A stretch of DNA of 64,000 nt from Amoebidium appalachense (lineage: Eukaryota > Protista > Ichthyosporea), in assembly GCA_963693365.1 (NCBI GenBank), contig CAVNZM010000005.1, forward strand, positions 4,347,167-4,411,166, read 5' to 3'. This document shows, in pieces, positions 35,440 to 54,403 of this stretch (positions are counted from its first letter, which is position 1; each line of letters opens with the position of its first letter). A program made the translations under genes and the position numbers. Under the pieces are notes generated by a model, which saw only the letters and a program-made list of their open reading frames with translations, was not told the DNA's origin and did not search any database.

Positions 35440-35843
35440 CACCCAATTACCACCACCACCGCCACCACCACCACACACGACACACAAAGCACATATCACT
35501 TTACCATCTTCTGCCTTAAATCAACAACTAGCATATATTCCTCTTCTCCTCCCCCCCCACACGCACGCACGCACGCACGCACCCACCCACCCATCCTAAA
35601 CCCCCCGCCCCCTCCCCCCTCCCCCCACCCACCCACCCACCCACCCACCCAACGTACCTTATCTGGGCACTGCGTTTCTCCACAAACTCTATAACCTTGT
35701 CAAAGCGGGTGGCAAACAGGTTAAGGGCTGTGAGGATGCCACCATTGGGCCCTAGCTGGTATCTGCCAGGTCAAGGCACAAACACAGAGAGAGATGCTTT
35801 GCTAAGCTCATATTGTCATGCACTACCTTATGCTGCCTATCCT

Positions 35844-35893
<50 letters not shown>

Positions 35894-36978
35894 CCTCCCT
35901 CTCTCTCTCTCTCTTTCTCTCTCTCTCCCACCCTCCCCCACCCCCTCTTCCCCTCGGCCTTGCTCTCTCGCCCCTCTATGTCTCCCTTCCACCCACCCAC
36001 CCAATCCCCACTCCTTCGCACCCCTTTCCCTCTCTCTCTCCCTCTCTCTCTCTCCCTCCCCCTCCCCCCAGTTTTCCCCCTCTTCACTGTTCCTCTCTAC
36101 CCTATTCCCCCCTCCCTCTCCCTCCCTCCTTCTCCCCTACCTCACTATTTCTTTCTTTTTGTGTGCACGCACGCCTGCGTGCCTGTGCATGTGGCGGTGT
36201 GTTCGCTGTGTGCACCTCTGTCATTATGTGCGTACCTCCTGCCCTCCCCCCTCCCCCCCTCCCCCCTTCCCCCCTCCCCCTTTCCCCCCCTCCCCCCCCC
36301 CCCCCCCCCCCCCACACACACACACAACCGCCGGCACAACCTTCCCTGCACCTTTGTCTCGGTCTCCAACCCTCACCCTTTGCTCGCTCCCTGCTTAATT
36401 CCGTTCAGCTTTTGAACAAACCCCCCTCCCCACCCCACCCCCTCCTCCCCCCTCCGCGTAGGGGCACACAAGGCCCAAAAAAAAAAAAAAAAAAAAAAGG
36501 ATACTGCTTCATGACCTCCCTGTAGTTGACTGTGTCACGTATGTCGATGTTTGCCCCGTACGGCAGAGTCTTGACTGCCGGATCCAGGTTGATAGTGTAA
36601 GGCAGCTGCCCCTGCTCCCGTGCATATGCGTTGATTCTCTACGCCCCCCTCCTGCATTAGTACTGCACCGAGACCAAGATCGAAACACACACAGACACAC
36701 TCGGTTTTTTTTTGTTTTTTTTTCTTCTTTTTTTAAGGGGGTGGGGGGCGGGGGGGAGGAGGGGAAAGAGGGAGGAAGAGGGGGAAGGGGGGGGGGGGGG
36801 GGGGAGGGGGGGGGGGAGGGGGGGGAAGGGGGGGAAGGGGGGGAAGGGGGGGGAGGGGGGGGGGGGGAGGGTAGTATCACACCTGCATCAGGGTGGTCTT
36901 GCCAGCGCCTGCCATGCCAATCAACAGCACCACGGGGGGCTTGCCTGCCGCCTCCGCTGTCCCACTTGTGCTGGCCAT
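30743..36978 (-). CDS. GPN1: GPN-loop GTPase 1 (XAB1/Npa3)
   Basis: [10 protein letters not shown]-loop, [97 protein letters not shown]; acidic C-terminus, stop at 30743. Confidence 0.96.
31850..31983. repeat. Local direct duplication (~55 nt x2) separated by poly-C in a GPN1 intron
   Basis: CAACACCACCCATCTAACCTACCCACACAAACAACACAAACTGGCCTAACCATCG at ~31850 and ~31929. Confidence 0.85.
33641..33914. repeat. 45-bp tandem minisatellite, 6 copies, GPN1 intron
   Basis: Unit ATCACCAACACACATCAACT(A/G)AACTACTGGCCCTGTACGGTACTT repeated head to tail with no unique spacers. Confidence 0.95.
35763..36504 (-). other. U12-type GT-AG intron in GPN1
   Basis: Donor GTATCCTTT, branch CCTTGAC 7 nt before the intron end (CAG); removal gives [14 protein letters not shown]. 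Confidence 0.9.
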
Positions 36979-37239
36979 CCTGCCCTGCCTGCCACCAGTC
37001 AGCACACAAGCCATAGGGCACTGTGCCCATTCCCTCACCCTCCCTCCCCTCCCTCCTCTCCCCCATTCCCCTTCTCCCCCGCTCCCCACTCACCCATATC
37101 CACTCCCACATCTCCCCCTTAGACCAACGCCCTGTTCACCCCGTCATCCCCTCTTCATGCCCCACCCCAGCCCCCGCCAACTGCCCCTTCACCACATCAC
37201 ATCCTATCCACCTCACCAAAATAATTAGGCACACTCACC

Positions 37240-37815
37240 TGAGGCTACACCGCCTGTTGGTGTCGGTCTCCGTCACCGGCACACTACCCAAAACTCACGC
37301 ACCTTGCCCGTGCCCCCGCTGCCCGTTAATATACCCTCTCTGGCTAGAAGCCCAACTTTGTATGCTAAATGGCCGGCTGAGTTATCCTACAAGGTTGTTT
37401 CTGGTGAACGACTTCGACGGTCACAGAGTCACATGTATGCGTGAGCTCGAGGGACTAGTACTCCCTGCAGTTGCCCGAGGCGTTACGTCATCACGGCCAA
37501 AGTCCTTGATGGCTCACGATCAGGCAAGAAAATGTTCATACATGATTGTTTGCGCTGTAAAACTATGAAAGGTTCTGAAAAACGCGGTCTGTAATCGCTG
37601 AAATCGCAATCGATCTAAATGACGTAAGCGGGACCTGACAACTGGTAACACGAAAAAAAGCATCATTCACTCAGCAAGGGCCGAGTTTTGTGTAATCTTG
37701 ACAAAAGTGGTTTTCTATATACAAGAACGTTTAGAACAAGTAAAAGCCTTGCGCATAAACACAGCTTATAAACTCTCTATCTGTCTACATCCCCCCGTGC
37801 GCGTGCCCAGCAAAC
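37240..37815. promoter_or_regulatory. Probable bidirectional promoter region between GPN1 and Hrs
   Basis: Head-to-head genes; microsatellite-free unique sequence; GPN1 5'UTR donor GTGAGT near 37237. Confidence 0.5.
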
Positions 37816-38565
37816 ATGTCGCTGTTTGGCAGTGAATTTGACAAGGTCTTAGGTAGGTCCCAGTGTGTTTTTTATTCGTGTGTATGTCACGGACTAGCCT
37901 ATGCGTGCGCGTGTGTTTACTTTGTATGTGGGTATGGGTAGGCGCGTGTGTGTATGGATGTGTGTGCATGGATTACTTGCGATGGATAGTTTGCTGATAG
38001 AACATGGGTTGCAGACCAGGCCTGCAGCGAGAAACTGCTTGAGCCCGACTACTATCTCAACACGCGCCTGTGCGACATGCTGCGCCAGAAGGAGGTCAAG
38101 TGCGTGTCCCTTCGATCCCTCTTCATCTCCCTCCCTTCCCCCCCTCCCCCCCCCCCCCCCCCCCCAACTCCGCCCATTCCAACCCACCCGCCCACCCACC
38201 TGCCCACCGCCTCCCCCTCCCCCCTCCCCCCCCCCCCCCCCCCCGCCCTTCCCCACCCCTTCTGTGCGCCTTCTGACAGAACTACCTTTTTTGTGGTTTG
38301 CAGGGCAGCGTCAGCGCTGAGTTCCATGCGCAGGAAAATAAACCCTGACAAGCCCATGGTGGCCCTGCTAGCCTTCACGGTACGGTGGTTAGATCCCAAG
38401 GGGGGGGGGGGGGGGGGGAGGGGGAGCAGGCACTAAAATGACGGGCACAGCTGCTGGAGATGTGTGTGGCAAACTGCGGGGACTACTTTGTGAGGGAGGT
38501 AGCTACACGGTCGTTTATGGACCAGATGAAGGACTGGGCTATGGTACGTACCAGGATGGGTGGGT

Positions 38566-38633
<68 letters not shown>

Positions 38634-39070
38634 GGGCTGGATCTGTGCTTACTTGCGAGGTGCAGCCGGGGAAATTCCAAGAGAAGGTGACTCAGCGGGT
38701 GCTGGAATTGATTCAGAACTGGGCGGTTGGGTTCAAGAGCAACAGCGCATACCAGCCCTTCCAGGACACCTTCAACTCTATGCGCTCTGACGGTACGTGC
38801 TGGGGGAGGAAGCACTGTTGTATCTGTGTTAATTTTTTTTTTGGGTGGTGACTGGGCTGGGGGCTGGGGGTTGGTGCTGACTGTATGTGCAGGGTTTGTG
38901 TTCCCTGAGTGCCACGTCACTGAAGCTACATACAAGGTCGACCAGGTATGTGCTTGGTCCAATCTTTGTTTTAGGGTGGTTTGTTTGGTTGTTTTTCCCC
39001 TCTTTTTGTGTTCTTTTTTGGGGTGATGTGTGGAGAGAAGGTGGGTGGGTGGGTGGGGGGGTTTTTTTTT

Positions 39071-39101
<31 letters not shown>

Positions 39102-39158
39102 GGGGGGGGGGGCTTGCATTTCATCCCTTTTTTCTTTTTTTATATTTTGGGTGTGGTT

Positions 39159-39211
<53 letters not shown>

Positions 39212-39630
39212 AGAGGGGGGTGGGGGGGGGGGGGGGGGGGGGGGGGGGTGGAGACTGGGCTTACTGAGGGTGGAGCAGGCGCCCGAGTGGATTGATGCCG
39301 AGCAATGCTACAAGTGCAGAGGGTACTTTGGGACATTCAACCGCAAGGTGGGGATGTGCATTCACTGTGTGCACGTGCATTCTAGCATGTTGCAGGGTAC
39401 ATGAGTGTGTGCAGAAGCAGAGGATGGTCGTGCATGGTTAATGACATGCATACGTGTGCACACGATGGGCTGTGTTGTGTTCGAATGATGGATCTGGTTG
39501 GGGTATGGCATTCGTGCATGTATGCATGTACTCTGTTCGTGTACGTGTGCATGTTGAGCATGTGCGTGTGTCCATTCGTGTGTGTGTTAGCCCTGTGTGT
39601 GTGTGTGTGGGTGCGGGTGCGGGTGTGGGT

Positions 39631-39682
<52 letters not shown>

Positions 39683-41623
39683 GTGGGTGGATGGGTGTGG
39701 TTGTGGGTGTGGGTGTGTCACGGAGCACTGACACGGACTGTTTGCACAGCACCACTGCCGCAATTGTGGGCAAATTTTCTGCCAGCAGTGCTCATCAAAG
39801 GAGGCTGCCATCCCCCGCTTTGGCTATGAGAAGCCGGTGCGTACCTGCCGTCTTAATTCTGTTATTTTTTTATTTGATTTTTTATTATTTGTTTGTTTGT
39901 TTGTTTTTTTATTTTTTTTTTTTGGGGGGGGGGGGGGGGTGGGGGGGAGGATGTGCGGGCAAAACATGCATTTCGTCTTACATCTATGCGGATATGTGTG
40001 TGGTTGGGAGTGTGGTTGAACGGGGAGGCGCCAGGGGGGGGGGGGGGGGGGGGGGGGGGGGGAGAGGCCCAGTAGCTATACACACAGGAGAGAAGAAGCT
40101 ATTGTTGCAGTGTTTTTCTCGTGTGATGGGAGAGAGGGGGGGGGGGGGGGGGGGGAGATATATGCTGATACCAGGGCAGGTACGTGTTTGTGACCGGTGC
40201 TACGACGCACTGGGCAATGGAACCGGTGAGGCGGCAGCAACCACAGAAACGGCCCCAGTAGCACGTGGTAGCGTCATGACCGTGGCGGTAGGGTTTTTTT
40301 GTTTCCCCCCCCCCCCCCCCCCCCCCCCCTCCCCCCTCCCCTCCCCTCCCCCCCCCCCAGCCCCTCTGAGTTGGGTTTTGTCGACGAGGTGAATGGGTCG
40401 GAACTCGGGTACTGTGGATTTGGCCCGCCTCGAGGATGGGCTCTGTTTGTTATGCACCACTCTTTGTGTGGTTTACACTCTGCATTGTTTTGTCCGTATG
40501 AAAGTGTTGCTTCGTACTCTATAACACATTCCAACAACAACAACAACAACCCCCCCCCCCCCCCCCGGCCCTCCCTAGTGGTTGGTATGGTGGTGTATTT
40601 GTGGGTGGGTGGGGGGGTGGGTGTGTGGGGGGGGGGGGGGGGGGGGGGGGGAGGGGGGAGGGGGGTTAGGTTGTGTTGTTGAGGGGATCTGGTGAGGTGG
40701 TTTCTGAGGAGACTTTTGGTGGTGCGTGAATGAGTTGGTGGGTTAGTTGCTGTTGTGGCGTTTAGGTGTGGTGAGGTGAATGGGTGGGGGCATGTCTGTC
40801 AATATGAGCATTTTCTGTTAGAAGGCACAGCAGGTGCTGACTCTGTCTGTGCCTGTTTGGTCTGTTCGGTCTGCTGGGTGTGTGTGCTCATGTTGTGTCG
40901 TGCTGTACAGGAGGCGGAGGCACTTCGTAGGCGGGAAGAGGACGAGCTAGCTGCAGCCATAGCAGCCTCATTGCAGGATACGGGCAGGGCCTCATGGCAG
41001 GACACCAGCAGCCCAAAGGTCACGGTGCAGAATGAACCTGCACCACCAGTCCAGGTGAAGGTGTGTGCCTGTCTGTGTGTGGGTGGGTGAGTGGATGGGT
41101 GCGTGTGTGTGTTTGTGTGTGTGTGTGCGGGAGGGGGGAGGGGGAAGGGGATTTGGGAAGGGGGGAAGGGGGAGGGGGGTGGTGCGGGGTGGGGGTGGTT
41201 TGCTATAGATATGGGTCGTGGGTGGTTGTTTATAGCATTAAATGGGTGGATTGGTGCCGATTGGCGAGATGCAGGCGGGAAAGGGGGGTGGTGGTGGTGT
41301 TTGTGGGGGGGGGGGGGGGGGGGGGGGGGGGGAGGGGGTTGGAGGTGCAAGGGCAGGGCACTGAGGGGTGTGCAGGTGCAAGCCGAGGAGCCGCTTGCGC
41401 AAAATTCTGAGCTTGCAGCATACCTGGCAAGGGGGTCCGGCAAAGCCCAGGCCACAGCAGCAGCACAGCCAACAGCAGTGGCTGCAAGTGTGGAGGTGGG
41501 TGGGGGCTTTTTTGGAGGGGGGGGAGGGGGGGGGGGGGAGGGAGGGGGGAGGGGGGTATTTTGTTATGGGAGCAGGCTTAATAGGCACTAGCATATGTCG
41601 GTGTCGGTTTTTTTTTTTTTTTT

Positions 41624-41665
<42 letters not shown>

Positions 41666-42317
41666 TGATCCTATTAAACATCGTTTAACATCGAGGGGTG
41701 CTGTAAAGTACTTAGCTGTCAGTCTGGCCCCGTACTGTTAGTGTGCCTTTACCAGCACAATACCCACTGATTGTTGATGCAGGTCGAGCCCAGCAGCAGT
41801 GATGATGGGGATGAGCAACTGATAGCCGTCATGGGCCGCAACCTGAAACTGCTGGATAGCAAGCTGAGAAATGCTGAGGCATCGAGGAGGAACGTGGCTC
41901 TGGACCAGAGCATTAAGGTTCGTGTGAGTGTGTGTTTTTGTTCTGTTTTTGTTGGTGGGTGGGTAGCTTTTTTCTTTTTTTTTTTTTTTTTTGGTTTAAT
42001 GGATGGGTGGGTGGGCGGGGGGGGCGGGGGGGGTGAGTGGGTGGGTGGCAGTGGGTAGGTGGGTAGGTGGGTAGGTGGGTGGGTCGGTGTAGGTGTGTGC
42101 GTGCGTGTGCATGCGTGCATGTTTTTCTTTTTCTTTTGGGGGGGGGGGGGGGGAGGGGGGAGGGGGAGGGAGGGGGGGGAGGGGTAAAGGGGAGGGGGGG
42201 GGGGGGTTTGCACAAGTGCTGATGGGGGTGGGGTGTGTGCAGGCGCTGTACCAGTCCAACGGGGCCATGCTGCAGCAGCTGATAGATGCCCTCGAGGCAA
42301 ACGAGCAGGAGAAGTGT

Positions 42318-42350
<33 letters not shown>

Positions 42351-43334
42351 CTGTGTATGTTGCATGCGGTGTATGTCTGTGCGTTTTCAAGCCCTTGTTT
42401 CGGTGTGTGTGTGTGTGTCTTTCTATTTGTATGTGTCATTTTCTTCTGTGTGCCCCTGCCGTTATGCTGCCTGAGACAGGATTGGGGTAGCCTCGATCCT
42501 GGGTGCATACCCTGTCTATGTTCGTGTGCGTATTGTTTGGATGTGTGTGTCTGGTCACTTGCACCAAACCCCTCGGGTGTACGCCACCTCAAATCTGTGT
42601 CTAGTCTAGTGATGTGCATGGAATTCCTCAAGTGTTCACCTCTTCTGCATTAGTTTGCCGACACCCTTTATTTCATAGCTTCGCTTCCTTCGGGGGGAGG
42701 GGGGGAGGTGAAAGAAAGAAAGCAAGAAGAGAAAAGAAAGAGAAGAGAGAATACACGGTATCGACATCTAAGTACGTTTGTATGTTTGTTATGTTAGTTA
42801 ATTGGGTTTAAACTTGGTTGCTGTGGAAGACTTGGCCTCTGCCAAATTATGTGTGTGTTTGCCCTTCCTTTAAATACTATTGGTATAAACATTCCCATTA
42901 TTATTACTATTTTATTATTAAGGTGCTGCTGTAGTTTTTGTTGTGTTTGCCTTTGTTATTGTTGCATGTTCGTATCTGATTACATTGTCCTTTGTAGAGT
43001 TGCACCTGTAATGTGTACGGCATTCTTTCCCCCCCCCCCCCCCCCCCCCCCCCCCCTTTCTGCTGCAACTTTAAACCCCGGCCTTCCCACTGCCCTTGCC
43101 TGCATAAGTAACTCTGCTCGTCTCTGATCAAGACGACCCACCCATTTTCAAGTGAAACAGTATCTGAGTTGGGTTTCGTTAACGAGGTGAATGGGTCGAA
43201 ACTCGGGTACTGTGGATGACATGGCCCCCCCCTGAGGATGGGCTCTGCTTATTATGCGTACTCTTTATGTATGGTTTGCTTTCTGCATCGTGTTTCTGTT
43301 GTTCTTGTGTACTTCGTACTTTATGACGCATTCA

Positions 43335-43367
<33 letters not shown>

Positions 43368-45406
43368 GGGCCCTTCCCCCTCCTCCCAAAAGAATGGGCT
43401 CTCCCATGCTGCATGTAGCCACATCGACCGTCGGCATGAACTTGTCGATCATACATATATGCTTTGTACTGTTTGACCCATTTTAACACCCTTCTCCCCC
43501 CCACCCCCTTCCCCCCCCCCCCCACACACACACACACCCTTGAATCTCTGGACCCTCCCCCCCCCCCCCCCCCCTCCCCCCTCTGGGTGTGAGCAGTGCA
43601 GTATCTCGAGATGGATGCCAAGATCCAGCGCATTATCGACACCAGGGCAGCGCTGATTGAGACCCGCCGCAAGCACAGGGAGGAGCAGGAGCTGCTGCAG
43701 CGCATGCAGCTGGAGCAGAAGCTTAAACTCATGCAGCAGCAGGTGGGGGCCTGTGTGTGTGTGTGTGTGTGACTTTTACGTGCATACAAGCAGGGTTGTC
43801 TGTGTGTGCCTGTTTCCACGTGCAGACAAACAGGATTGTCTATGCGTGTGCCTGTTTCTAACAAACAGAATTCGTCTTTGTGTTCCTGCATATTTGAACG
43901 TGCAGGCCCACATGCCACTGTGTGCATGCTTGTGTTTTTGCCTTGTAGAAGCGGGCTTTGGGGTTGGTGTTATCTACACGACTGTGTGCCTAGTTACTGC
44001 ATTTTTGTGCGATGGTTTTGGCCATGGTTATGTGTAGTTGTGTTTGAACTAATCGTCCACGGGCATATCCAAGTACCTTCTGCACACTGCGCGCGTGTTT
44101 GTGTGCGCATGGGGGTATGTGGGTGTTTGGGTGTGGATGTGTGGGTGGGCGGGTGTTTTTTGCTGGGGGAGAGGGGGAGGGGGGGAAGGGGGGGGGCATC
44201 AATGCCCCTTGTTAGCCTTGATAATGAGGATGCTTCAGTGCTGTTACCTGGAATTTGGGGTTCTGGTACGACCAAGTATTTCTCCGTGTGATGTGCCTAT
44301 GTGGCCGTGCTCCTGCACACACTTCAGACAATCAGTCTTTGTCTTTCATTCTGTAGGCCTCTGTGTATACAGTGCATGTGTTTGCGTAGTAGAGATAGGA
44401 TGAAAGGGTGGAAAAGAGTTGAGTGCCTTCTACGCTCGCTCTGGTTCTTTAAAAGTAACTCGTTTGAAGAGCACACCTCTCTCTCGTTATTTCCCCCGTT
44501 TTTTTAATTAATCGGGTGCTGCATGCTGACGGGCGGGGGTGGGTGCAGGAGCAATATCAGCGCTTCCAGCAGCAGCAGATGACCATGCAGGTGCGTATCA
44601 TGAAAAAGAAGTGGAATGGGTGGCCGGTGTGTGTGTGGGTGGGTGGGTGGGTGGGTGGGTGGGTGGGTGAGGGGGGAGGGGGGGGGGGAAAGAGATAACA
44701 GAATGGTGTGTTGACGCTGGGTTGTGCAGTACGGTGGTATGGGCATGTACGGTATGCCCCAGCCTGCCGTCCCGGTCCCGGGCGCGGTCCCGGGCACCTA
44801 TGCCCCAGCACCCGTACCTGTGGCTATGCCCTCCGGTGTGCAGCTTCAATACCCCCAGCAGCTGCCCGGCTCATATGCGCCCCCAGCTCCCGTAGCCCAG
44901 CCAACATACCAGGTCGGTGCATGCATGCCCGTATTTGGCAGATGCCCATATTTGGCATACAGTGTGCCCGTTCTTGGCATAACCCCATTCTTGCCCATTC
45001 TTGGCAATTATCCATCTCAAGTCCATTCCGGGCTTATATGCATTCTTGCACATGCGAATTCATAGTTGGCACTTGATTTCTTGCTCATTCTTGGCAAATG
45101 CCCATTTTTGGCATATGCTCATTCTTGGCATAATGTCCATTTCATGGCATTTCTTGGCAACCGCCCACTCTGGGCCTCATTGATAACGGGGGCCTCGCTA
45201 ACCCACTTGTGCAGGGCTATGCTCCCAGCCCCCCTATGCCCCAGATGCAGGCACCCCCCGGCCCTTCCCCAGCAGCACCCGCAGGGCAGTACGGCTACCC
45301 GGGTCAGTACGGGCCACCACCACCCCAGCAAGGACCTCCGGGGCAGCAGCAGTATGCACAGGGCCAGCAACAAGCGGACAACACACAGCTAATTTTGCTG
45401 GATTAG
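37816..45406 (+). CDS. HGS: Hrs/Vps27 ESCRT-0 subunit (VHS-FYVE-UIM-coiled coil-Pro/Gln-rich tail)
   Basis: VHS ([24 protein letters not shown]), FYVE ([41 protein letters not shown]), UIM ([13 protein letters not shown]), coiled coil, clathrin-box-like C-terminus LILLD*. Confidence 0.93.
40365..40534 (+). mobile_element. Subfamily A-related repeat in an Hrs intron
   Basis: TCTGAGTTGGG...GAGGTGAATGGGTCGGAACTCGGGTACTGTGGA...GAGGATGGGCTCTG...CTTCGTAC, then (AAC)n and poly-C. Confidence 0.8.
43057..43336 (+). mobile_element. Subfamily A repeat, long copy in an Hrs intron
   Basis: Aligns over ~280 nt with the reverse complement of 2834-3115; poly-C on both sides. Confidence 0.88.
43391..43487 (+). 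mobile_element. Divergent family member behind the A copy
   Basis: ATGGGCTCT...TGTAC...TGACCCATTTTAA then C-rich tract; spacing similar to subfamily A. Confidence 0.4.
44926..45177. repeat. Degenerate TGCCCATTYTTGGCA repeat array filling the last Hrs intron
   Basis: Many CATTCTTGGCA/CATATTTGGCA/CATTTTTGGCA variants at irregular spacing. Confidence 0.75.
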
Positions 45407-45717
45407 GTTGTAGTGCACTCATTTAGATAGTAGGGCACACTTCGCACAACGTTTGCGCTGTATGTGCATGGTCTTCAATATGAATGATGGCAGGGCCAAT
45501 GGGTGTATGCACTTGGTCTTCCGCATTCACAAAAAGAATTGGTTTTATGCACAAGGTTACACTAGTATATGCACAAAAGCACGTACGGCTGGAAACGGTG
45601 TGCTTTTCGCCTGATGTCTTAGACTATACCCATAAAGGTAGTGCGAGCAGTAGCACGCCCAATATGATATCGATGTCGAAGTCTCTGTCAGGAACAGCCT
45701 TCACTTGGTTCAACCGG

Positions 45718-45756
<39 letters not shown>

Positions 45757-47215
45757 TCTCCCCCCATACCCAGGGTGCTCGCTCACGGGTCTTAGATGGC
45801 GTTCTTAAACCTTAACACATTCTACTACCCGGAAAGTGTGTCTTCCTGGCAAAGGTTGGGACCAAAAGAATATTTCAGTACCTGTGTGGGGCTCATGAAC
45901 TGCCTCGTCGACGATCTCGTGCACAACTCGAAATTCGGACACGGTGCCACGCCAGTCCTTCGCAGATTAGAAATGCCATTGCTGAACTGCAGCATATACG
46001 ATGACATGCAATTCTATGGACCACCTGTTGTTTGCCCGCACGTGCACGGCGGTTGCCAGTAGGCTAATCACCTTGTTGCCGAGCTAATGCCTGTATTAGG
46101 TCTCCGAGAAGGCCCATACTAATTAAAATAGCTCCTGTGTTTAAACACACCTTTTCGTCAGCAAGCACGTGCACGTTGAGATCTAGCTAGGTCAAGAGTC
46201 CAGGGTGGCACTTGCCAACTAGTTGCGGCAGTCCGAGGCATATCATGGTATCCAGCAAATTGTTACACATAACTCGATGGCTACGTCTCCCATCAGCTTG
46301 CTGCTGGAAAGATGGCCGATATCTCGAAGCGAATGGTCGAGGGGGGGGAGGCGGGAGGGGATATCTAACGGTGTAAATATGGTAGGAGTGCGGGGGGGGG
46401 GGGGGGGGGGGGGGAGGGGGGGGGGAGAGGGGCGAGATGTTTCTGGGGATGTTGGGGTCTAAGATCTGAAGCTGGGCTTAGCGAAGGAGACGGAGATCCC
46501 CAGAGGTTGGCTGGTTCGAATCCTGTGTGATGCAGCTGTGAGCAGAGCAATCGTTGCACAGGCACACTGTATCAGCTCCTGAGTAGCACACGTGTTTACT
46601 CTTTCCTAGACGATGACGCTCTATCCTACTACAGTATATATACTACGTAGGATAAAGTCCGTGTGCGTGCACAAACAAAACAGGCACGAACGCAGAAACA
46701 CATATAAACACCCTGATCTGAATAGTGCGCCACTATGCCGCAACAGCCAATCGGTTTCCGGTTGGCTATTTCTGAGCCATTTACAGCTCTGATCTGTAGG
46801 CTTTTAGGCTAGCCATCAATGCCTTTTAGGCTACGCTGAAGGATACCCAATTTGGGCGGCTCACCTTTTGCTGCTTGCAATTGACTCACAGCGCTGTGTG
46901 CCCGGCTCGAGTTTTTGGGTTTTTTTAGACCTTGCCCTCTCTCTTGTTTTTTTTGGTGTGTGGCTATAATCTCTGCTTGTGCGTGTGAATATTAGGCCAG
47001 GAGACCAGTAGAGAGCTAGTCTACAATACAACCCGACGGCGGTTCTCGTCCCCACTACACAGCAGCCTTCCCCCGCACCAGGCACAGCCCCACGGGTATG
47101 TTTTTTGTGTTTTTGTGGAATGCGTCACATTAGATTGATGGTGACTTGGAGCTTTCACTTGTTTGCCTGAATGGCGGGCATTTTCCACGAAAGCTTTGTG
47201 TGTGTGTGTGTCTGT

Positions 47216-47308
<93 letters not shown>

Positions 47309-47726
47309 TGAGCTCGTTTCCTTTCCGCCAGTTGTGGGTTTTTTTCAAAGTGTGCCTCTGTACTCTACCTGTGCAAGCATTATCTGCGCGTTGAATATGC
47401 AAGCACGCTTTATGTTGTGGTGGGTGTTTGTGTTTGTGTCTGCTCGGATAGTGTACCGGCACCGATAGTGCTTTTAGACACGGTGTAGAATGCATACACA
47501 TGTGCTTGTGCAAGCCTGTGAGTATGTGTGTGTTTGTGTTGGTGCATGGGTGTGGGTGGGTGTGCGTGCGGGTGTGTGTGTGTGTGGTGTATGGGTGGGT
47601 GTTGGTGTTGATGTTTATTTTGTGTACTTTCGTGCGTGCAGATACGCTTATGTTCCGGGGCACGGATTAGGCATACCCTCTGATGTTCTGAATGTTTTTG
47701 GGTGGCACAGGGGCAGGGGAACGGCC

Positions 47727-54055
<6,329 letters not shown>

Positions 54056-54365
54056 CAGGGCAGGGACCCTCTGCAGGCAACCAGCACAAGGCGGGCACGA
54101 CATCGTATCCCGGGATTACAGTGGCACACGCATATGAAACCATGTTATTATTTGTATATTGTCTAATGTTCAGATGTTATAGTGTTCGGTGGGCTTGATG
54201 CTCCTTTCTGCGTCTGTGCATGGTAGGCTCCTCTCCATAAACAACTATATTTATCATTAAAGTATCATGCAAGGCCTTGGCCCTTGTGCGACATGTCTGC
54301 AAAGAGTTTGTAAACCTCCGGAGTCTACCCTCCCCCCCCCCCCCTACCGGCGCCCGCACACGCGT

Positions 54366-54403
<38 letters not shown>

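Noticed and set aside
43194-43205. tRNA-derived SINE B-box (GGGTCGAAACTC)
   Set aside because: Lacks GTTCRA, has no matching A-box, and is internal rather than at the 5' end.
43125-43245. Hammerhead ribozyme or SECIS in the repeat (CTGATCA..GAAAC, TTAACGA..GAAAC, CTGAGGA, ATGAC)
   Set aside because: Core nucleotides or stems I/II do not fit in any permutation I tried, motifs are not kept across subfamilies, and there is no SECIS AA loop with a 3' GA quartet. A covariance search is still worthwhile.
46440-46535. tRNA gene suggested by GGTTCGAATCC at ~46513
   Set aside because: T-stem is mismatched and no acceptor stem or D-arm can be formed.
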